Notes: generated by a model from the sequence alone, not told the origin. 64,000 nt of DNA from Malacoraja senta (GCA_038087875.1 CM075996.1:4094001-4158000), one strand, 5' to 3'. Shown: positions 13,450 to 27,868, counted from the stretch's first letter. Numbers and translations are program-made.

Positions 13450-13945
13450 AGTGGGCCGAAGAGCCTGTCTCCATTCCGTATGACTGAGAATGTCTCACTC
13501 TAGCATGGATTCAGTGGGCCGAAGGGCCTGTCTCCATTCCGTATGACTGAGAATGTCTCACTCTAGCATGGATTCAGTGGACCGAAGGGCCTGTCTCCAT
13601 TCTGTGTGACTGAGAATGTCTCACTCTAGCATGGATTCAGTGGGCCGAAGGGCCTGTCTCCATTCTGTGTGACTGAGAATGTCTCACTCTAGCATGGATT
13701 CAGTGGGCCGAAGGGCCTGTCTCCATTCTGTGTGACTGAGAATGTCTCACTCTAGCATGGATTCAGTGGGCCGAAGGGCCTGTCTCCATTCTGGATGACT
13801 GAGAATGTCTCACTCTAGCATGGATTCAGTGGGCCGAAGGGCCTGTCTCCATTCTGGATGACTGAGAATGTCTCACTCTAGCATGGATTCAGTGGGCCGA
13901 AGGGCCTGTCACCATTCTGTGTGACTGAGAATCTCTCGCTCTCTC
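13450..13945 (+). repeat. 63-bp minisatellite, about 8 copies
   Basis: Unit agtgggccgaagggcctgtctccattc...catggattc starts at 13450, 13513, 13576 ... 13891. Confidence 0.92.
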
Positions 13946-14384
13946 AGCATGGCAGGGTGGCACAGGGTTAGTGTTGCTGCCTTACAGCGCCAGAGCCCCC
14001 GGGTTTAATCGTGCTTGTATGTACAGAGTTTGTACGTGCTCCCCGTGACCTGCGTGGGTTTTCTCCGGGCACTCTGGTTTCCTCCCACACTCCAAAGCTG
14101 CACATGTTTGCTGGCTAATTGGCTTGGTATAATTGTAAATTGTCCCGTGTGTGTGTGTGTGTGTGTGTCTGTCTGTCTCTGTCTGTGTCTCTGTCTGTCT
14201 GTCTGTGTGTCTGTGTGTCTGTCTGTCTGTCTCTGGTCGGCACGGACGATGTGCCAAAGGGCTTGTTTCCGCGCTGTATCTCTAAACGCGGCTAAACAAA
14301 TCTCTCACTCTAGCATGGGCTCAATGGGCCGAAGGGCCTGTCCCCATGCGGTATGACTGAGAATGCTTTGCCCTCTTGCTCTAA

Positions 14385-14911
14385 TACACACGCACAGACA
14401 CACACACGCACACGGACACGCACACAGACACGCACACGGACACGCACACAGACACACACACACACGCACACACACACACACACAGACACATACACGCACA
14501 CACACACAGACACACACACACACACACACACAGACACACACACAGACACACACACACACACGCACACACACACACACACGCACACAGACACACACACACA
14601 CAGACACACACACACACACAGACACACACACACGCACACACACACACAGACACACACACACACAGACACACACACACACAGACACACACACACACAGACA
14701 CACACACACACACGCACACACACAGACACACACACACACACAGATGCACACACGCACATACACACACCTTACACAGATGCACACACACACAAACACACAC
14801 AGACACACACACACACACAGACACACACATACACACACCTTGCACAGATGCACACACACACAAACACACACAGACACACACAGACACACACACACACACA
14901 CACACATACAC
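14385..14911 (+). repeat. Interrupted (CA)n microsatellite
   Basis: Directly visible. Confidence 0.95.
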
Positions 14912-17159
14912 CTTGGCCTGAATGTGCTAGAAACGGAACAGATTGTTCTTTTCTCTGACAGTCTTTAATTGAATGCTACTGCTTGGACAGACTCCATCTT
15001 ATTCAGCTGGGGCCTGAGCGTTGTAGCGTTGGCAATTGCTGGCGCTTTGCATTCTCCTCCTTACCTGAGACTGTCAGAGACGGTTCCCAGGCCTCGAGCT
15101 TCATTCAAGAGGCAGCTCCTGTGCAGCCAGGCAGGCTTTGATGCAGATTCACGCTCCATGCTTGGATAGCTACTCACAGTCACTGTTGCAGCTGCACATG
15201 GCAGATGTAGATTTGAGTGAGAAGGGTGAACGTTTGCTGCAAACCTCTGCAACATATCTGCAACCAATATGGGAATGGCACTCCCTCACCAACATTGTTT
15301 ATAATCTTTTAAAGAGACTTTCTTATTCCAAATCCACAGTAAATAACTCTTATGAGGCAGCGTGTATAATTACTTAGAACAGCACAGTGGCGCAGTGGTA
15401 GAGCTGCTGCCTTACAGCGCCAAAGACCCAGGTTCGATCCTGACTACGGGTGCATGTCGGTACGGGGTTTGTACATTTTCCCCGTGACCTGCGTGGGTTT
15501 TCTCCGAGATCTTCGGTTTCCTCCCACACTCCAAAGACGTACAGGTTTGTAGGTTAATGATGAGAAAATTGATGTGAAAATCATTTTTTACACAGATTCT
15601 CTGTGGAATTCTCTGCCACAGAAGGTAGTTGAGGCCAGTTCATTGGCTATATTTAAGAGGGAGTTAGATGTGGCTAAAGGGATCAGGGGGTATGGAGAGA
15701 AGGCAGGGTTGGGATACTGAGTTGGATGATCAGCCATGATCATATCGAATGGCGGTGCAGGCTCAAAGGGCCGAATGGCCTACTCCTGCACCTATTTTCT
15801 ATGTTTCTATGTTTCTATGTTAATTGGCTTGGTGTAAATGGAAAATTGTCCCCAGTGTGTGTAGGGTAGTGTTAATCTGCGGGGATCGCTGGTGGGTGCG
15901 GACTCGGTGGGCCGAAGGGCCTGTTTCCGCGCTGTATCTCTAAACTAAGCTAAACTAAAAGGTGAGACGGCCAGAAGACTAATCTCCAGATGATACTATC
16001 ATTTGTTTTGAGGGTAGAGTATCAGTAAATATACTGATATCAATATCCTGAAATCGATCTGAAGAAAGGTCTCGAGCCGAAACGTCGCCCATTCCGTCTC
16101 TCCAGAGATGCTGCCTGTCCCGCTGAGTTACTCCAGCATTTTGTGTCTATCTTGAAATCAATAAATCCTCTCTGCTTTCATTAGTTGCCTTCATTTGGTG
16201 ATAATATTTCATTCATTAAAAAAAAAAAATTCTGGTCTTTTGGCAAATTTGCTGGAATTAGCACTTTTGATTTATTTTGTGTTTTTGGGGATTTTTTTAT
16301 TGTTGATCTTTGGGTGTGGAATGATCTGTATTTGCTGATTTAAAGACAACTACTCTGCCAACCTTGTATTTCTTGTGTGCAGGAGGGAACTGCAGGTGCT
16401 GGTTTACACCCAAAATGCCAGAGTAACTCAGCGGGTCAGGCAACATCTCTGAAGAGAAGGGATGGGTGAAGTTTCAGGTCGAGACCCTTCTCCAGACTGG
16501 AGAAGACCCTGAGGAAGGGTCTCGAACCGAAACGTTACCAATTCATTTTCTCCAGAGATGCCTCCTCCACCATTTTGTGTCTATCCTGTATTTATTAATC
16601 TGGGGGCTCCTTTACCCTTAATTGATCAGGAGTTCATTGTTAATTCCAGAGGCTAATGGTCCCTTTAGCTGGGCTTTCCTTCAATTTTATAGGCGGGGGC
16701 TGTATTTTCATTCACCCTTTGGGTGGGGGGTGGGGGGAGGGATTTCTTGTGCTCTTATGTTTGCATGGAGAAGTGTGCCTGCACTGCCCCCTAATGGCAG
16801 GGAGTTCCTACTCGCAGACACATGGAACTGCAGATGCTGGTTTACAGAAGAAGACACTAAGTGCTGGAGTAACTCAGCGGGTCCGGCAGCATCTCTGGAG
16901 AACATGGATGGGTGACGGCCTGCAGAACGGTCCCGACCCCAATCGTCACCTATCCATGTTCTCCGGAGATGCTGCCAGACCCACCGAGTTACTCAAGGGT
17001 CTAGTGTGTTTTGTTGTTCTATGTTCCGGGTAGAACAATGAAAGTCTTACTTGCTGCAGCACAACAGAATATGTAAACATAGTACACTGTAAACAATATA
17101 TTAAACGAGAGAGAAAAAAAAGGTTCAGTGTGTGTGTATATATATACACATACTCACAA

Positions 17160-17491
17160 AACACACAAAATCACACACACACACACACATACACACACAC
17201 ACACACACAGACACACACACACACACACAGACACACACACACACACACACAGACACACACACACACAGACACACACACACAGACACACACACACAGACAC
17301 ACACACACAGACACACACACACAGACACACACACACACAGACACACACACACACAGACACACACACACAGACACACACACACACACACACAGACACACAC
17401 ACACACAGACACACACACACACAGACACACACACACAGACACACACACACACAGACACACACACACACAGACACACATACACACATACACA
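17160..17491 (+). repeat. (CA)n/CAGA microsatellite inside an antisense Rex1-like 3' UTR
   Basis: Directly visible; the counterpart at ~22840-23870 is longer. Confidence 0.9.
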
Positions 17492-17756
17492 CTAAAAAAC
17501 CCTAACAATAATGGTGCAATATTAACAATAATAGTCTCTGTAGTTCCGAGCTCATTTGAAGTTGTAGTGTTTAGTGGCTCAAGGGAAGAAGTTGTTCCTG
17601 AACCTGGGCGTTCCAGTTGTCAGGCTCCTGTACCTCCATCCCGATGGCAGTGGTGAATTGAGTGTGTGGCCAGGGTGATGCTCCAGCACTTTGTGTCATT
17701 ATTTTTACCTACTCCATCTGCACGGCTTGATTCCAATGACTCTTCTCTCTCACCAG

Positions 17757-17853
17757 ATTCCAGAGAGTCGGGGAACCTGTGCTTCTGCTTCCGCTGGCTC
17801 CTCATCTGGTTTAAGAGGGAGTTTTCCTTTCCAGATATACTGCGGCTTTGGAG
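17757..17853 (+). CDS. TBC1D17: Duplicate TBC1D17 exon (copy 1) with a 1-nt deletion, 97 nt
   Basis: Matches 24120-24217 but reads ctttggag|gt instead of ctttgggag|gt, so it is frameshifted. Confidence 0.7.
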
Positions 17854-18641
17854 GTGCGTATATCTGATCCGTGACGCGATGTTATGTGTTGACGATCTTT
17901 CACCCTGTGTTATCGCTATGTCCACTACCTGCAGTTCCAATTGTATTGCTTTGTGAGACTTTCCTCAGTTTGGAGGTACAGCGCGGAAACAGGCCCTTCG
18001 GCCCACCGAGTCCGCACTGACCGGCGATCCCCGCACATTCGCACTACCCTGCACCCACCAGAGACAGTTTTACATTTGCACCAAGCCAATTAACCTACAA
18101 ACCTGGTTAAGAAGGAGCTGCAGATGCTGGAAAATCGAAGGCCGACAAAAATGCTGGAGAAACTCAGCGGGTGAGGCAGCGTCTATGGAGCATAGATATG
18201 GGGCTCCATAGATGCTGCCTCACCCGCTGAGTTTCTCCAGCAGTTTTGTCAACCTACAAACCTGTACGTCTTTGGAGTGTGGGTGGAAACCGAAGATCTC
18301 GGAGAAAACCCACGCAGGTCACGGGGAGAACGTGCAAACTCCGTACAGACAGCGCCTGTTTCCGCGCCGTATCATTAAACTAAACTAAACTAATCCCTCC
18401 CTGCACCTCACCCTCAAAAGAAACGCCTCTGAAATGGATCCCTCCGTTATCGGACGTCTGATCAGATTTTCCATCAGTTCATAAGTGGAGCAGAATTAGG
18501 CTGTTTTGTGTCTTATCTCTGGTTTAAACCAACACCTGCGGTTCCTCGCTACACATTTGGTCATATTGGGGTTTGCTTTGTGTTTGACACCTGGGTTACT
18601 GACTGACTGGTTGGACTCTGTTCTTATTCCTCTGATGCCAG

Positions 18642-18758
18642 GTCCAATGGACAGGGCATCCATGCCCAAATTTCCACCTGCTGGTGTGCTGTGCCATCCT
18701 GGACTCTGAGAGAGATGCATTGATGAACCCAAACTACGGCTTCAATGAGATACTCAAG
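18642..18758 (+). CDS. TBC1D17: Duplicate TBC1D17 exon (copy 1), VQWTGHPCPNFHLLVCCAILDSERDALMNPNYGFNEILK
   Basis: ccag acceptor and gtaagc donor; 117 nt; matches 25006-25122. Confidence 0.75.
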
Positions 18759-18894
18759 GTAAGCGCTCAGATATAAGCTTGTAAAATGCAAATCACCTGG
18801 GGTTTTTTTTCCTCTAGTACATCGATACCCTGGTGAGCAGAGCTGCCGTACTGAACGAATTTAATTGAATTGAATTGAATTGAATTAAATTCAG

Positions 18895-19405
18895 TAAGTA
18901 AGTAAGTTTATTGGCCAAGTATGCACATACAAGGAATTTGCCTTGGTGCTCCGCCCACAAGTAACAACATGACATACAGTGACAGTTACAAATGACTCAG
19001 AAAACACTAAACATTAATAATAATAAGACATTAATGATAAAACACCATTGATCAAGCATGTGAACCAACAAAATACCAGATCAAAGGGGGCTACAGATTT
19101 TTGGCTGTTGAGTAGAGCAACTACTCGTGGATAAAAAGCTGTTTTTACGTCTGGCTGTGGCAGCTTCGACTGTCCGGAGTCGCCTTCCAGAGGGAAGTGA
19201 TTCAAAGAGTTTGTGGCCAGAGTGAGAGGGGTCAGAGTTGATCTTGCCCGCTCGCTTCCTGGCCCTTGCAGTGTACAGTTCATCAATGGAGGGAAGGTTG
19301 CAGCCAATAACCGCCTCTGCTGATCGGACGATTCGCTGCAGCCTCCAGGTGTCGTGCTTGGTGGCTGAGCCAAACCAGACCATGATGGAGAAGGTGAGGA
19401 CAAGT
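18895..19405 (-). mobile_element. Rex1/Babar-like LINE 3' fragment (also ~25260-25775)
   Basis: ORF 19081-19383 VWFGSATKHD...LPSGRRLR. Confidence 0.8.
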
Positions 19406-19826
19406 TCAGAGTTTCCCCCCCCTGCCGTAGTTTAACTTTCCAACAAACAAGAATCCGGAGAATGATCCCGTAACAACAATATAGACACAGCCTCAAAGGT
19501 AGACACTAAAAGCTGGAGTAACTCAGCGGGACAGGCAGCATCTCTGGAGAGAAGGAATGGGTGACGTTTCGGGTCGAGGCCCTTCTTCCTGCACAGCCTC
19601 AAAGGGTTCTCTTCCCCGGTAGGAAGACCGTGGTCAATTCCAGTGCGCGATGACCTGGCACAGTAGATGGGGCCACCGAGATGTGGCGAAACATCATGGG
19701 CACCTCTCTGAGTGTGAGGTGCTTTGGGCCATTTTAGAGGATGCAAGACATGGTGCCCTTTCTGGGGGCAATGTCGATGCTGCCTGTTTAACTTCCTTTT
19801 CCATGTTTTATTTCCCCATTATCTCA

Positions 19827-20376
19827 TATTTCCTCGTCTTATTTCCCCCAATGTTGGGATCAACATTATTTCCCAATTCCTTGTCTTATTTCCCCCAATG
19901 TTGAGATCAACATTATTTCCCAATTCCTTGTCTTATTTCCCCCAATGTTGAGATCAACATTATTTCCCATTTCCTCGTCTTATTTCCCCCATTGTTGGGA
20001 TCAACATTATTTCCCAATTCCTTGTCTTATTTCCCCCAATGTTGGGATCAACATTATTTCCCAATTCCTTGTCTTATTTCCCCCAATGTTGAGATCAACA
20101 TTATTTCCCAATTCCTTGTCTTATTTCCCCCAATGTTGGGATCAACATTATTTCCCAATTCCTTGTCTTATTTCCCCCAATGTTGAGATCAACATTATTT
20201 ACCAATTCCTCGTCTTATTTCCCCCAACGTTGAGATCAACATTATTTCCCAATTCCTTGTCTTATTTCCCCCAATGTTGGGATCAACATTATTTCCCAAT
20301 TCCTCGTCTTATTTCCCCCAATGTTGAGATCAACATTATTTCCCATTTCCTCGTCTTATTTCCCCCATTGTTGGGG
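19827..20376 (+). repeat. 47-bp minisatellite, about 12 copies (about 13 in the duplicate at 26196-26794)
   Basis: Unit ttcccaattccttgtcttatttcccccaatgttgrgatcaacattat. Confidence 0.92.
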
Positions 20377-20915
20377 TCCACTTGCTCTTCAAAACCAGCA
20401 GTGGAGGGGTAGATGGTTAGTTGTGTAGAAAGTTGTGTAGAACTTGCAGATGCTGGTTTAAACCGAAGATAGAAACAAAAAGCTGGAGTAACTCACTCAG
20501 CGGGACAGGCAGCACCTCTGGAGAGAAGGAATGGGTGACGTTTCGGGTCGACACCCAAGAAGGCAGGTATGATAGTGGCATTTAAGTGTAGTTTTGTCAC
20601 GTGTACAGAGCGACAGTGAAAGGATTTTGTTTGCGTGCTATCCAGTCAAAGAAAAGAACGTCTGCAGAAGGGTTGCGACCCGAAACGTCACCCATTCCTT
20701 CTCTCCAGAGACGCTGCCTGTCCCGCTGAGTTACGCCAGCTTTTTTTGTGTCTGTGGATGGTTAGTTGATTCATTTCCCACATCTCCGCAGAATCCCACT
20801 GTGGGATTATTGGAGGGCTGGAGGATTGCTGCCGCCTACTGTGCATCGGCTGATCAGGTGTAACATCTCTCCAGGTGTGGACTTGTGGTATCTGGGTTCT
20901 CTGAGTTCAGCTTTG

Positions 20916-20987
<72 letters not shown>

Positions 20988-21139
20988 GAAACAGAGAAAC
21001 ATAGAAAATAGGTGCAGGAGTAGGCCATTCGGCCATTCGGCCCTTCGAGCCTGCACCGCCATTCAATATGATCATGGCTGATCATCCAACTCAGTATTCT
21101 GTACCTGCCTTCTCTCCATACCCCCTGATCCATTTAGCC

Positions 21140-21339
21140 NNNNNNNNNNNNNNNNNNNNNNNNNNNNNNNNNNNNNNNNNNNNNNNNNNNNNNNNNNNNN
21201 NNNNNNNNNNNNNNNNNNNNNNNNNNNNNNNNNNNNNNNNNNNNNNNNNNNNNNNNNNNNNNNNNNNNNNNNNNNNNNNNNNNNNNNNNNNNNNNNNNNN
21301 NNNNNNNNNNNNNNNNNNNNNNNNNNNNNNNNNNNNNNN
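21140..21339. other. Assembly gap (200 N)
   Basis: Run of N. Confidence 1.
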
Positions 21340-22839
21340 AAGAGGGAGTTAGATGTGGCTAAAGGGATCAGGGGGTATGGAGAGAAGGCAGGGTTGGGAT
21401 ACTGAGTTGGATGATCAGCCATGATCATATCGAATGGCGGTGCAGGCTCAAAGGGCCGAATGGCCTACTCCTGCACCTATTTTCTATGTTTCTATGTTTC
21501 TATGTTAATTGGCTTGGTGTAAATGGAAAATTGTCCCCAGTGTGTGTAGGGTAGTGTTAATCTGCGGGGATCGCTGGTGGGTGCGGACTCGGTGGGCCGA
21601 AGGGCCTGTTTCCGCGCTGTATCTCTAAACTAAGCTAAACTAAAAGGTGAGACGGCCAGAAGACTAATCTCCAGATGATACTATCATTTGTTTTGAGGGT
21701 AGAGTATCAGTAAATATACTGATATCAATATCCTGAAATCGATCTGAAGAAAGGTCTCGAGCCGAAACGTCGCCCATTCCGTCTCTCCAGAGATGCTGCC
21801 TGTCCCGCTGAGTTACTCCAGCATTTTGTGTCTATCTTGAAATCAATAAATCCTCTCTGCTTTCATTAGTTGCCTTCATTTGGTGATAATATTTCATTCA
21901 TTAAAAAAAAAAAATTCTGGTCTTTTGGCAAATTTGCTGGAATTAGCACTTTTGATTTATTTTGTGTTTTTGGGGATTTTTTTATTGTTGATCTTTGGGT
22001 GTGGAATGATCTGTATTTGCTGATTTAAAGACAACTACTCTGCCAACCTTGTATTTCTTGTGTGCAGGAGGGAACTGCAGGTGCTGGTTTACACCCAAAA
22101 TGCCAGAGTAACTCAGCGGGTCAGGCAACATCTCTGAAGAGAAGGGATGGGTGAAGTTTCAGGTCGAGACCCTTCTCCAGACTGGAGAAGACCCTGAGGA
22201 AGGGTCTCGAACCGAAACGTTACCAATTCATTTTCTCCAGAGATGCCTCCTCCACCATTTTGTGTCTATCCTGTATTTATTAATCTGGGGGCTCCTTTAC
22301 CCTTAATTGATCAGGAGTTCATTGTTAATTCCAGAGGCTAATGGTCCCTTTAGCTGGGCTTTCCTTCAATTTTATAGGCGGGGGCTGTATTTTCATTCAC
22401 CCTTTGGGTGGGGGGTGGGGGGAGGAATTTCTTGTGCTCTTATGTTTGCATGGAGAAGTGTGCCTGCACTGCCCCCTAATGGCAGGGAGTTCCTACTCGC
22501 AGACACATGGAACTGCAGATGCTGGTTTACAGAAGAAGACACTAAGTGCTGGAGTAACTCAGCGGGTCCGGCAGCATCTCTGGAGAACATGGATGGGTGA
22601 CGGCCTGCAGAACGGTCCCGACCCCAATCGTCACCTATCCATGTTCTCCGGAGATGCTGCCAGACCCACCGAGTTACTCAAGGGTCTAGTGTGTTTTGTT
22701 GTTCTATGTTCCGGGTAGAACAATGAAAGTCTTACTTGCTGCAGCACAACAGAATATGTAAACATAGTATACTGTAAACAATATATTAAACGAGAGAGAG
22801 AAAAAAGTGTGTATATATATATACACATACTCACAAAAT

Positions 22840-22872
<33 letters not shown>

Positions 22873-23163
22873 ACACACAGACACACACAGACACACACAG
22901 ACACACACAGACACACACAGACACACACAGACACACACACAGACACACACACAGACACACACACAGACACACACACAGACACACACACAGACACACACAC
23001 AGACACACACACACACACACACACAGAGACACACACACAGACACACACACAGACACACACACAGACACACACACAGACACACACACAGACACACACACAG
23101 ACACACACACAGACACACACACAGACACACACACAGACACACACACACAGACACACACACACA

Positions 23164-23244
<81 letters not shown>

Positions 23245-23439
23245 AGACACACCGCAGACACACCGCAGACACACCGCAGACACACACACAGACACACACA
23301 CACACAGACACACACACACACAGACACACACACACACAGACACACACACACACAGACACACACACACACAGACACACACACACACAGACACACACACACA
23401 CAGACACACACACAGACACACACACATACACACACACAG

Positions 23440-23471
<32 letters not shown>

Positions 23472-23836
23472 AGACACAGACACACACACACACACAGACA
23501 CACACACACACACACACAGACAGACACACACACACACACACAGACAGACACACACACAGACACGCACAGACACACACGCACAGACACACGCACAGACACA
23601 CACGCACAGACACACACGCACAGACACACACGCACAGACACACACGCACAGACACACACGCACAGACACACACGCACAGACACACACACACAGACACACA
23701 CACAGACACACACACAGACACACACACAGACACACACACAGACACACACACAGACAGACACACGCACACAGACAGACACACACACACACGCACACAGACA
23801 CACACACAGACACACACACACACACATACACACACA

Positions 23837-23872
<36 letters not shown>

Positions 23873-24119
23873 ATAATGGTGCAATATTAACAATAATAGT
23901 CTCTGTAGTTCCGAGCTCATTTGAAGTTGTAGTGTTTAGTGGCTCGAGGGAAGAAGCTGTTCCTGAACCTGGGCGTTCCAGTTGTCAGGCTCCTGTACCT
24001 CCATCCCGATGGCAGTGGTGAATTGAGTGTGTGGCCAGGGTGATGCTCCAGCACTTTGTCATTATTGTTACCTACTCCATCTGCACGGCTTGATTCCAAT
24101 GACTCTTCTCTCTCACCAG

Positions 24120-24217
24120 ATTCCAGAGAGTCGGGGAACCTGTGCTTCTGCTTCCGCTGGCTCCTCATCTGGTTTAAGAGGGAGTTTTCCTTTCCAGATA
24201 TACTGCGGCTTTGGGAG
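24120..24217 (+). CDS. TBC1D17: TBC1D17 exon (intact copy), (D)SRESGNLCFCFRWLLIWFKREFSFPDILRLWE
   Basis: ccag acceptor and gtgcgt donor; 98 nt, phase 1/0; FRWLL and RLWE TBC motifs. Confidence 0.93.
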
Positions 24218-25005
24218 GTGCGTATATCTGATCCGTGACGCGATGTTATGTGTTGACGATCTTTCACCCTGTGTTATCTCTGTGTCCACTTCCTGCAGTT
24301 CCAATTGAATTGCTTTGTGAGACTTTCCTCAGTTTGGAGGTACAGCGCGGAAACAGGCCCTTCGGCCCACCGAGTCCGCACTGACCGGCGATCCCCGCAC
24401 ATTCGCACTACCCTGCACCCACCAGAGACAGTTTTACATTTGCACCAAGCCAATTAACCTACAAACCTGGTTAAGAAGGAGCTGCAGATGCTGGAAAATC
24501 GAAGGCAGACAAAAATGCTGGAGAAACTCGGCGGGTGAGGCAGCGTCTATGGAGCATAGATATGGGGCTCCATAGATGCTGCCTCACCCGCTGAGTTTCT
24601 CCAGCAGTTTTGTCAACCTACAAACCTGTACGTCTTTGGAGTGTGGGAGGAAACCGAAGATCTCGGAGAAAACCCACGCAGGTCACGGGGAGAACTTGCA
24701 AACTCCGTACAGACAGCGCCCGTTTCCGCGCCGTATCACTAAACTAAACTAAACTAATCCCTCCCTGCACCTCACCCTCAAAAGAAACGCCTCTGAAATG
24801 GATCCCTCTGTTATCGGACGTCTGATCAGATTTTCCATCAGCTCATAAGTGGAGCAGAATTAGGCTGTTTTGTGTCTTATCTCTGGTTTAAACCAGCACC
24901 TGCGGTTCCTCGCTACACATTTGGTCATATTGGGGTTTGCTTTGTGTTTGACACCTGGGTTACTGACTGACTGGTTGGACTCTGTTCTTATTCCTCTGAT
25001 GCCAG

Positions 25006-25122
25006 GTCCAATGGACAGGGCATCCATGCCCAAATTTCCACCTGCTGGTGTGCTGTGCCATCCTGGACTCTGAGAGAGATGCATTGATGAACCCAAACTA
25101 CGGCTTCAATGAGATACTCAAG
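25006..25122 (+). CDS. TBC1D17: TBC1D17 exon, VQWTGHPCPNFHLLVCCAILDSERDALMNPNYGFNEILK
   Basis: ccag acceptor and gtaagc donor; 117 nt, phase 0/0. Confidence 0.93.
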
Positions 25123-27333
25123 GTAAGCGCTCAGATATAAGCTTGTAAAATGCAAATCACCTGGGGTTTTTTTTCCTCTAGTACATCGATACCCTGGTGA
25201 GCAGAGCTGCCGTACTGAACGAATTTAATTGAATTGAATTGAATTGAATTGAATTAAATTCAGTAAGTAAGTAAGTTTATTGGCCAAGTATTCACATACA
25301 AGGAATTTGCCTTGGTGCTCCGCCCACAAGTAACAACATGACATACAGTGACAGTTACAAATGACTCAGAAAACACTAAACATTAATAATAATAAGACAT
25401 TAATGATAAAACACCATTGATCAAGCACGTGAACCAACAAAATACCAGATCAAAGGGGGGCTACAGATTTTTGGCTGTTGAGTAGAGCAACTACTCGTGG
25501 ATAAAAACTGTTTTTACGTCTGGCTGTGGCAGCTTCGACTGTCCGGAGTCGCCTTCCAGAGGGAAGTGATTCAAAGAGTTTGTGGCCAGAGTGAGAGGGG
25601 TCAGAGATGATCTTGCCCGCTCGCTTCCTGGCCCTTGCAGTGTACAGTTCATCAATGGAGGGAAGGTTGCAGCCAATAACCTTCTCTGCTGATCGGATGA
25701 TTCGCTGCAGCCTCCAGGTGTCGTGCTTGGTGGCTGAGCCAAACCAGACCATGATGGAGAAGGTGAGGACAGGTTCAGAGTTTCCCCCCCCTGCCGTAGT
25801 TTAACTTTCCAACAAACAAGAATCCGGAGAATGATCCCGTAACAACAATATAGACACAGCCTCAAAGGTAGACACTAAAAGCTGGAGTAACTCAGCGGGA
25901 CAGGCAGCATCTCTGGAGAGAAGGAATGGGTGACGTTTCGGGTCGAGGCCCTTCTTCCTGCACAGCCTCAAAGGGTTCTCTTCCCCAGTAGGAAGACCGT
26001 GGTCAATTCCAGTGCGCGATGACCTGGCACAGTAGATGGGGCCACCGAGATGTGGCGAAACATCATGGGCACCTCTCTGAGTGTGAGGTGCTTTGGGCCA
26101 TTTTAGAGGATGTAAGACATGGTGCCCTTTCTGGGGGCAATGTCGATGCTGCCTGTTTAACTTCCCTTTCCATGTTTTATTTCCCCATTATCTCATATTT
26201 CCTCGTCTTATTTCCCCCAATGTTGGGATCAACATTATTTCACAATTCCTTGTCTTATTTCCCCCCAATGTTGGGATCAACATTATTTCCCAATTCCTTG
26301 TCTTATTTCCCCCAATGTTGAGATCAACATTATTTCCCATTTCCTCGTCTTATTTCCCCCATTGTTGGGATCAACATTATTTCCCAATTCCTTGTCTTAT
26401 TTCCCCCAATGTTGGGATCAACATTATTTCCCAATTCCTTGTCTTATTTCCCCCAATGTTGAGATCAACATTATTTCCCAATTCCTTGTCTTATTTCCCC
26501 CAATGTTGAGATCAACATTATTTCCCAATTCCTTGTCTTATTTCCCCCATTGTTGGGATCAACATTATTTCCCAATTCCTTGTCTTATTTCCCCCAATGT
26601 TGAGATCAACATTATTTCCCATTTCCTCGTCTTATTTCCCCCATTGTTGGGATCAACATTATTTCCCAATTCCTTGTCTTATTTCCCCCAATGTTGAGAT
26701 CAACATTATTTCCCAATTCCTTGTCTTATTTCCCCCAATGTTGAGATCAACATTATTTCCCATTTCCTCGTCTTATTTCCCCCATTGTTGGGGTCCACTT
26801 GCTCTTCAAAACCAGCAGTGGAGGGGTAGATGGTTAGTTGTGTAGAAAGTTGTGTAGAACCTGCAGATGCTGCTTTAAACTGAAGATAGACACAAAGAAG
26901 CTGGAGTAACTCACTCAGCGGGACAGGCAGCACCTCTGGAGAGAAGGAATGGGTGACGTTTCGGGTCGACACCCAAGAAGGCAGGTATGATAGTGGCATT
27001 TAAGTGTAGTTTTGTCACGTGTACAGAGCGACAGTGAAAGGATTTTGTTTGCGTGCTATCCAGTCAAAGAAAAGAACGTCTGCAGAAGGGTTGCGACCCG
27101 AAACGTCACCCATTCCTTCTCTCCAGAGACGCTGCCTGTCCCGCTGAGTTACGCCAGCTTTTTTTGTGTCTGTGGATGGTTAGTTGATTCATTTCCCACA
27201 TCTCCGCAGAATCCCACTGTGGGATTATTGGAGGGCTGGAGGATTGCTGCCGCCTACTGTGCATCGGCTGATCAGGTGTAACATCTCTCCAGGTGTGGAC
27301 TTGTGGTATCTGGGTTCTCTGAGTTCAGCTTTG

Positions 27334-27390
<57 letters not shown>

Positions 27391-27391
<1 letters not shown>

Positions 27392-27868
27392 GAAACAGAG
27401 AAACATAGAAAATAGGTGCAGTAGTAGGCCATTCGGCCATTCGGCCCTTCGAGCCTGCACCGCCATTCAATATGATCATGGCTGATCATCCAACTCAGTA
27501 TTCTGTACCTGCCTTCTCTCCATACCCCCTGATCCCTTTAGCCACAAGGGCCACACCTAACTCCCTCTTAAATATAGCCAATGAACTGGCCTCAACTACC
27601 TTCTGTGGCAGACCATTCCACAGATTCACCACTCTCTGTGTGAAAAATGTTTTTCTCATTCGGTCCTAAAAGACTTCCCCCTTATCCTTAAACTGTGACC
27701 CCTTGTTCTGGACTTCCCCAACATCGGGAACAATCTTCCTGCATCTAGCCTGTCCAACCCCTTAAGAATTTTGTAAGTTTCTATAAGATCCCCCCCCTCA
27801 ATCTTCTAAATTCTAGCGAGTACAAGCCGAGTCTATCCAGTCTTTCTTCATATGAAAGTCCTGCCATC
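27391..27868 (-). mobile_element. 5'-truncated CR1 LINE inserted in a splice-acceptor region
   Basis: Antisense tail agaaacatagaaaatagg through to MAGLSYEERLD-coding sequence. Confidence 0.88.

Larger units (their letters stand above)
15655..21139 (+). repeat. Segment copy 1, duplicated at 21340-27543
   Basis: Colinear near-identical sequence ending at the N gap. Confidence 0.95.
21340..27543 (+). repeat. Segment copy 2, duplicate of 15655-21139
   Basis: Starts right after the gap with the sequence seen at 15655 and continues into unique sequence. Confidence 0.95.

Noticed and set aside
13450..13945. CRISPR-like array
   Set aside because: Head-to-tail units with no unique spacers, in eukaryotic DNA. 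The same applies to the 47-bp array.
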